A DNA stretch of 64,000 bases from NCBI RefSeq assembly GCF_021028975.2, contig NC_059436.1, positions 11,346,001 through 11,410,000 of the forward strand, written 5' to 3'. The position numbers were made by a program, and so were the translations under genes. The notes under the pieces are model-generated. The model did no database searches. It saw nothing but the letters and a program-made list of their open reading frames with translations, and was not told the DNA's origin. Position 1 is the first letter of the stretch; every line of letters starts with the position of its first letter. The stretch is from Sphaerodactylus townsendi. Taxonomy: Eukaryota. Of the stretch, positions 59,160 to 64,000 are shown piece by piece.

Positions 59160-60450
59160 TAGGCCAGCAGTGGAATCACCTGGAAGTTAAAAATGTTTCC
59201 CCGCTGGTTTTTAAGTATTGTGTTTTTTATATTGGATTCATGACCATTTATTGTTTTGCATAGAAACTGTCCTGTTTGTCTCATGAAGAGAGCAGAAGGG
59301 CATTGATGACTTTTGATAGTATATATAAATTTGGAAGGTGAACAAGTGAATGAACTGGAGATGGCATGGGTGAAGTTGTTAGGACTGGTGATGGTGTTGT
59401 CAGAGTGAATATGGGGATATAATAGGTGTCTTGGTTTGTTGCAGGCTCCGGTATCAGAGTCCATGTCCATGTCAAAAACTATTGCTGTAGGTGAGAAATG
59501 GTTTAAGGTTAGAAGGCTGTCAGTAGGCATGAAACAGTTTGCCTCCCAGCACCTGTGAAAAAGGTGTATATTGTAAGTACGGTAGATTGTAATGATGCAT
59601 TGAATTGGTTTTAGCTGAGAGCTGTATGCGACCACTAGTGATGATCTGTTTCATTTGGACCTATCTTGTAGGCCGTTACCCCTTGGTATCATAATGGTGT
59701 ATTGATCTGGGGTGTTGTGTGTTTTGTTGATCTGCTTCCTTACTACATCAGGCAGATATTATAATTTCAAAAATGTCCGTTGCAGATCTTGCAGATAAAA
59801 ATTTCCGTCTGAGGAATTGGAACAGATGCTGCTGTAAGTTTAGAGCTTGGCTGTAGATAATGGATCTTTTGGTGTGTTTAGGAAGGTGACTGGAGGCACG
59901 TAGATGCATTTAATGATCAGTAGGATTCTGGTGTATGGGTGTGTTATGCTTCGATTATATGTTTGAATAGTGGTGTTCAGAGAATATATTTCTTATAGGG
60001 ATTGGTTCATGGTCAAGTTGATTGTGGAGTGGAAGTTGCTGGAGGCCTGGTGAATTTTTTCCAGGGTTTCTTTTCTGTGCATCAAAATGATGAAAATGTC
60101 ATCAATAAATCTTGGATAAAAGAGGAGCGTTAATGGATGTGAGCTCAGAAAGTGCTGCTCCAGGTCACCCATGAAAATGTTGGCATGCGGGTGCTGTGCT
60201 GTTGATCTGAAGGAATAACCCTTCACCACATTACAAGTACTTGCAGGTGAGGACAAATGGCGGCACTGGCTAACAAGGTTGGCCATGTGGTTGTCAGGGA
60301 CAGATGTTGCTAGATGTTTGTAGTTCATCTTTGTGGGCAATATTGGTGATAGAGAGGTTCAATATCCATGGCGGCCAAAATAGTGTTTGCTGGAAGGCTG
60401 TATACAGAAAGTATTTTTCTCAGGAGGTCTGTGGTATCTCACACATAACC
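59160..60450 (-). mobile_element. Degenerate Penelope-like element (RT plus GIY-YIG endonuclease)
   Basis: ANIFMGDLEQHFL...YPRFIDDIFII...FHSTINLTM (PLE RT) and FTCSPSKFIYTIK..C....QTGQ....INGH..NIK (GIY-YIG). Multiple stops and frameshifts. Confidence 0.85.
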
Positions 60451-61509
60451 GGGGGCCTCTCATAAATGCATTCCTCGGCTTCAGCTGTACTTTCTGGTCA
60501 CCACCAACCTCCCTTCTCCTGTAGTCATATGCAAAGACTGTGATGGGACAGAGAGTTGGTGTTTTGCATAATCATGCTATGCCATGATCTCTTTTTCTCC
60601 TGAAAGTTCTTCATTCAGGACAAGAGGGGAGGCTTGTTTCCATTTTTATTTTTTGGGAAGGCATTTTAGAGACATTCCAGACAGGTATTGGCACCAACAG
60701 TCTCCCATGGGTGTCATTTTTTTATGTTCACATGTATAATGCCTGAGGCAGGTAAGCAGCCCCAGTTGGATGCTGGGGGCAATGCTTCAGCCGCAATAGG
60801 GGCTTCCCTTTGCTACCTTGATGAATGCACAGCTGCGAGTATACATAGTTCTCTGAGGTTGCTGAAAAAAATAACATAAGTGGGGATTCTGCCTCCTAAT
60901 ACCCTCAGCTAACTAGCTAACTAGCTTTCTTTCTTGCTTGCTTGCTTGCTTGCTTTCAAAAAGGAAATTTTGAGTTCTCATGGCTGTGAATATATTCATG
61001 GAAGAACATGCCTGATATCTGCTAACGTTTCTAAAGCAAGACAGGTAGTTCATTGGGGGGCACTTGGGTGCTCTCCTCCTGCTTCGTTCAGTGAATAAAA
61101 GCTGCTTAAATGACACAAACCAAAAGGAGACAGGCATTTATGGTATATCAGTCACAGAATTAAGCTTTCCTTTGTGTGGTATGTGTGACTGCTTGACTAC
61201 AGAATTTCAGCTTTTCTTTTTTTTATGGAAACATAGTACTGCACAAATCCCTGCTACTTAAGATGGATGAGGCGGCATATTCTTTTTCCAGATGAATGCG
61301 GTGTGGAAGAAAGGATGGAAATCCTGCTGTTGTGGGAAGGCAGAGGTGACCAGGCAACAGAGAAAATAGTCTTAGTGGATAACGGCATCAGAAGGTGGGG
61401 CAGGAGTTTGAGAAACTGGTAGAATAAGAGGAGATCAATTCAAAAGGCTGATCAGTTCGGCCTCTCACTAAGGGGCAGCCCTGAAGTTCCAACTGCAAGT
61501 GGAGAGCAG

Positions 61510-61735
61510 ATAGAGTTGGAAGAGACTCCAAGGGCCATCAAGTCCAACCCCCTACAATGCAGGAACACATAATCAAAGCACTCCTGACAGATGGCCATCC
61601 AGCCTTTCTTTAAAAACCTCCGAAGAAGGAGACTCCACCACACTCCGAGGTCGTGCATTCCACTGTTGAATAGCCCTTGCTGTCAGGAAGTTCTTCCTGA
61701 TGTTTAGGTGGAATCTCTTTTCCTTCACCTTGAAA
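61510..61735 (-). mobile_element. CR1 LINE 3' fragment, same subfamily as 3910-4298
   Basis: Near-identical to 3918-4140 (tagagttggaagagactccaagggccatc...ttcaccttgaa). Confidence 0.9.
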
Positions 61736-62780
61736 TAGGCTCAGGGGTCTCCTGCACTTGTGCCAGCCTGTAACATATCACATATGTTGTTGAATATGAC
61801 CAGCAAGAGTATTTGCCATTCTGATCTCAGCGAGATGTTTTCTCTTGGCCCTCAGCTGGCTTTTGTAGGAGAGAAATCCCACTCATTGGGTAGCCATCCG
61901 AAGTGCATTCCAGGTGGAAGTTTTTCCTGCCATTTTCACTGCAGTTGTGGCAGGTTTTGAGGTTCATCATTGGAGACGTGGGTAGATTTGTTGCAGGACT
62001 TGACAGAAACCAGGAACTACTAAAAGATGCCAAGAATAAGCTTCTGGGTGCCGAACGGTGGAAGAAACGTGGCGGAGGGCACAGGTTGCCGTTGTTCCCT
62101 CTGACAAAGTGCCGGCTGCCCATCTCCAGGCTTAGATTATTTTTCTTATTAGCATATCTATTGCTTTTAGCCTGGAGATCAGTTTTTCATGTTTAGTGTT
62201 TAAAGTGGAAATGAATTGCAAACTAGCAGTTAACTCAAATGCTGTAAATAAGATGGATGGACTTGTCACTCAGGGGCCATAAAAATAGGAAATTTGCGAG
62301 TGCTCTTTTAATTCAACATTTACAGCTGTACAGTGATTGGGAAGATGGTTCTTACCGAGCGCGGGATACAGTTGGGTTAGTTCTTTTACTGCCCTCTGTA
62401 AATCCACCTCTGAGATAACCGATCCACATGATGAAGTGTCAGGAAATGGGAAGGCATCCTTATAATGTCAAAGTAGCATGTAAATTCCAGATAGATAGGT
62501 TTTTGAGAAGGCTTGAAGGTGGATAAAACTCTGTAGGTCAAGTGCGGGCCATGCTCATGGATAAAACTAACATGGGGTAGGCAAACGGTAAAGTGGAAAA
62601 CCAGGATGTTGAACGGCCAAGGTCAGATGTGATGGGCTTCTTTATTGAATCATATCAGAGGTTGGGACTGGACTGGCTGACACTTGGAGCTGTGAGTTTT
62701 TCTGAGTGGAGCTGAATCTAGTGGTAGTGGTGGGAAGTGCCATCATATGGCAACCCCGTAATATTTTCAAGGCAATCGAT

Positions 62781-62918
62781 CAGGGGTCTTCAAACTATGG
62801 CCCTCCAGATGTTCATGGACTACAATTCCCAACAGCCCCTGCCAGCATGGCTAAGTGGCAGGGCTGATGGGAATTGTAGTTCATGAACATCTGGGGGGCC
62901 ATAGTTTGAAGACCCCTG
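62781..62918. mobile_element. hAT MITE nested in a 5S-derived SINE
   Basis: TIRs caggggtcttcaaactatggccc / gggccatagtttgaagacccctg. TSD caatcgat / caatagat. The host SINE lies at about 62745-63050 on the minus strand. Confidence 0.85.
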
Positions 62919-64000
62919 CAATAGATAAACAGATGGTTTGCAGTTGTCTGCCTCTGTGTAACCACACTAAACTTCATTGGTGGTCTCCCATCCAAGTACT
63001 AACCATGACTGATGCTGCTTAGCTTCTGAGATCTGATGAGATTAGGCCAACCTGGGCCATCCATAACAGGGTACATGCCTGTGTTCATAATGCATGCCTT
63101 CTTCCCTTCTGGGAGTGGCATGTGCAAAAGAGCTGTGTGTGAATACTTCAGTCCAACCTGCCATCCTATTGTGTTCTCCTTTTTTGGATGTCTTCTAAAG
63201 CAGTGGTCTTCAGTCCATTGGCTCAGTTCCCTTAGGTGGGTTTCCCAACCCTACTTCCTGGACAGGGAGTCCCAATAGAGTTGCCATTTTGTTTGGAAGG
63301 ATCTGCTTCTAATGTAGGTATGTTGAGAGCCAGGGTGCCTGGCCTCCTGCCTCTCTTTGTGCGCATTGTCAGAGGAGCAATGCAGTGGTCAGATGAAGTC
63401 ACTCAGTGGCGAAAACATCCCTTCATAGTGACCCTTGGCTTGTTCTTCACCTCAGTACATGGCCTGGTGTTGAGCTTGTTGATGCTTCCTTGGTCATCTG
63501 GCTGCAATCCTTGATGCTCATGAACTCAGAAATCTGTTCCTGCCTCTTCATTTCTGCTCTGTTGTCATGTGACTTCCTGTCAGTTGTCTGCATTAAATGG
63601 GCCCTGGGTCCAGGAAATGTGAATGCTACGGCTCTAGTGTATGAATGGTCCAGTGAGAGAAGTATTGTAGCGCTGAACAGCATGTGGTTGGTGCGGGAAG
63701 CTGAATTTTCCAACACAGAATCACACCTCATGGATTGCAGTGAGTTCTCCCCAAATCTTCATCAAATTATTGTGTGTTGGGCAGGGGAGAGTGCCAAAGA
63801 TCGGCTTGGGGGTCTCTTGTACTGCTCCCCAGCATGCAGATACTGTCTTTACACAGACTGATGATTTGCAAAAGTGTCGGGTGACCTCTGTCCTGCATGA
63901 TACAATATGCGCATATTTTACTCATAAAGTTTGCTAGGAACACATCTGTTATTGAGGCTCCACCTACTTTGGGGTGTCAGTTCTCCCATCATAATGTGAT

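Noticed and set aside
61290-61500. Possible DCPS exon 2 (acceptor at 61291, nearby GSPE codons)
   Set aside because: The frame closes quickly and lacks the expected AVVILEK / NDIY motifs; exon 2 is probably beyond the window.
63236-63937. Several ORFs of 65-151 aa near the window end
   Set aside because: No convincing protein or RT motifs; possibly an old repeat, but this cannot be supported.

Overview
Vertebrate (squamate, probably gecko, judging by abundant Squam3-like tRNA SINEs and 5S-derived SINEs) genomic DNA, syntenic with human 11q24.2. Gene order: 3' end of CHEK1 (+), a decayed ACRV1/PATE-like Ly6 (three-finger) gene (-), a 91-N assembly gap, FAM118B (+), SRPRA (-), FOXRED1 (+; divergent from SRPRA across a CpG-rich bidirectional promoter), TIRAP (+) and exon 1 of DCPS (+). 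Exons were placed by manual translation and GT/AG inspection. Orthology rests on my recollection of the human proteins; no database search was run. Introns are dense in SINEs, LINE fragments (CR1, L2, RTE-X/L1-like, Penelope) and hAT/Harbinger MITEs, several with intact target-site duplications (TSDs). Main points of interest: (1) a hidden ACRV1-like three-finger pseudogene with a hAT element inserted just upstream of its ATG; (2) TIRAP with Ala instead of the BB-loop Pro and an altered TRAF6 motif; (3) a scrambled 5' end of FOXRED1 exon 8, probably an assembly artefact; (4) collapsed CHEK1-FAM118B synteny across the gap; (5) physical linkage of the SIR2-fold gene FAM118B and the TIR adaptor TIRAP. 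I found no convincing evidence of a wholly new biological system.
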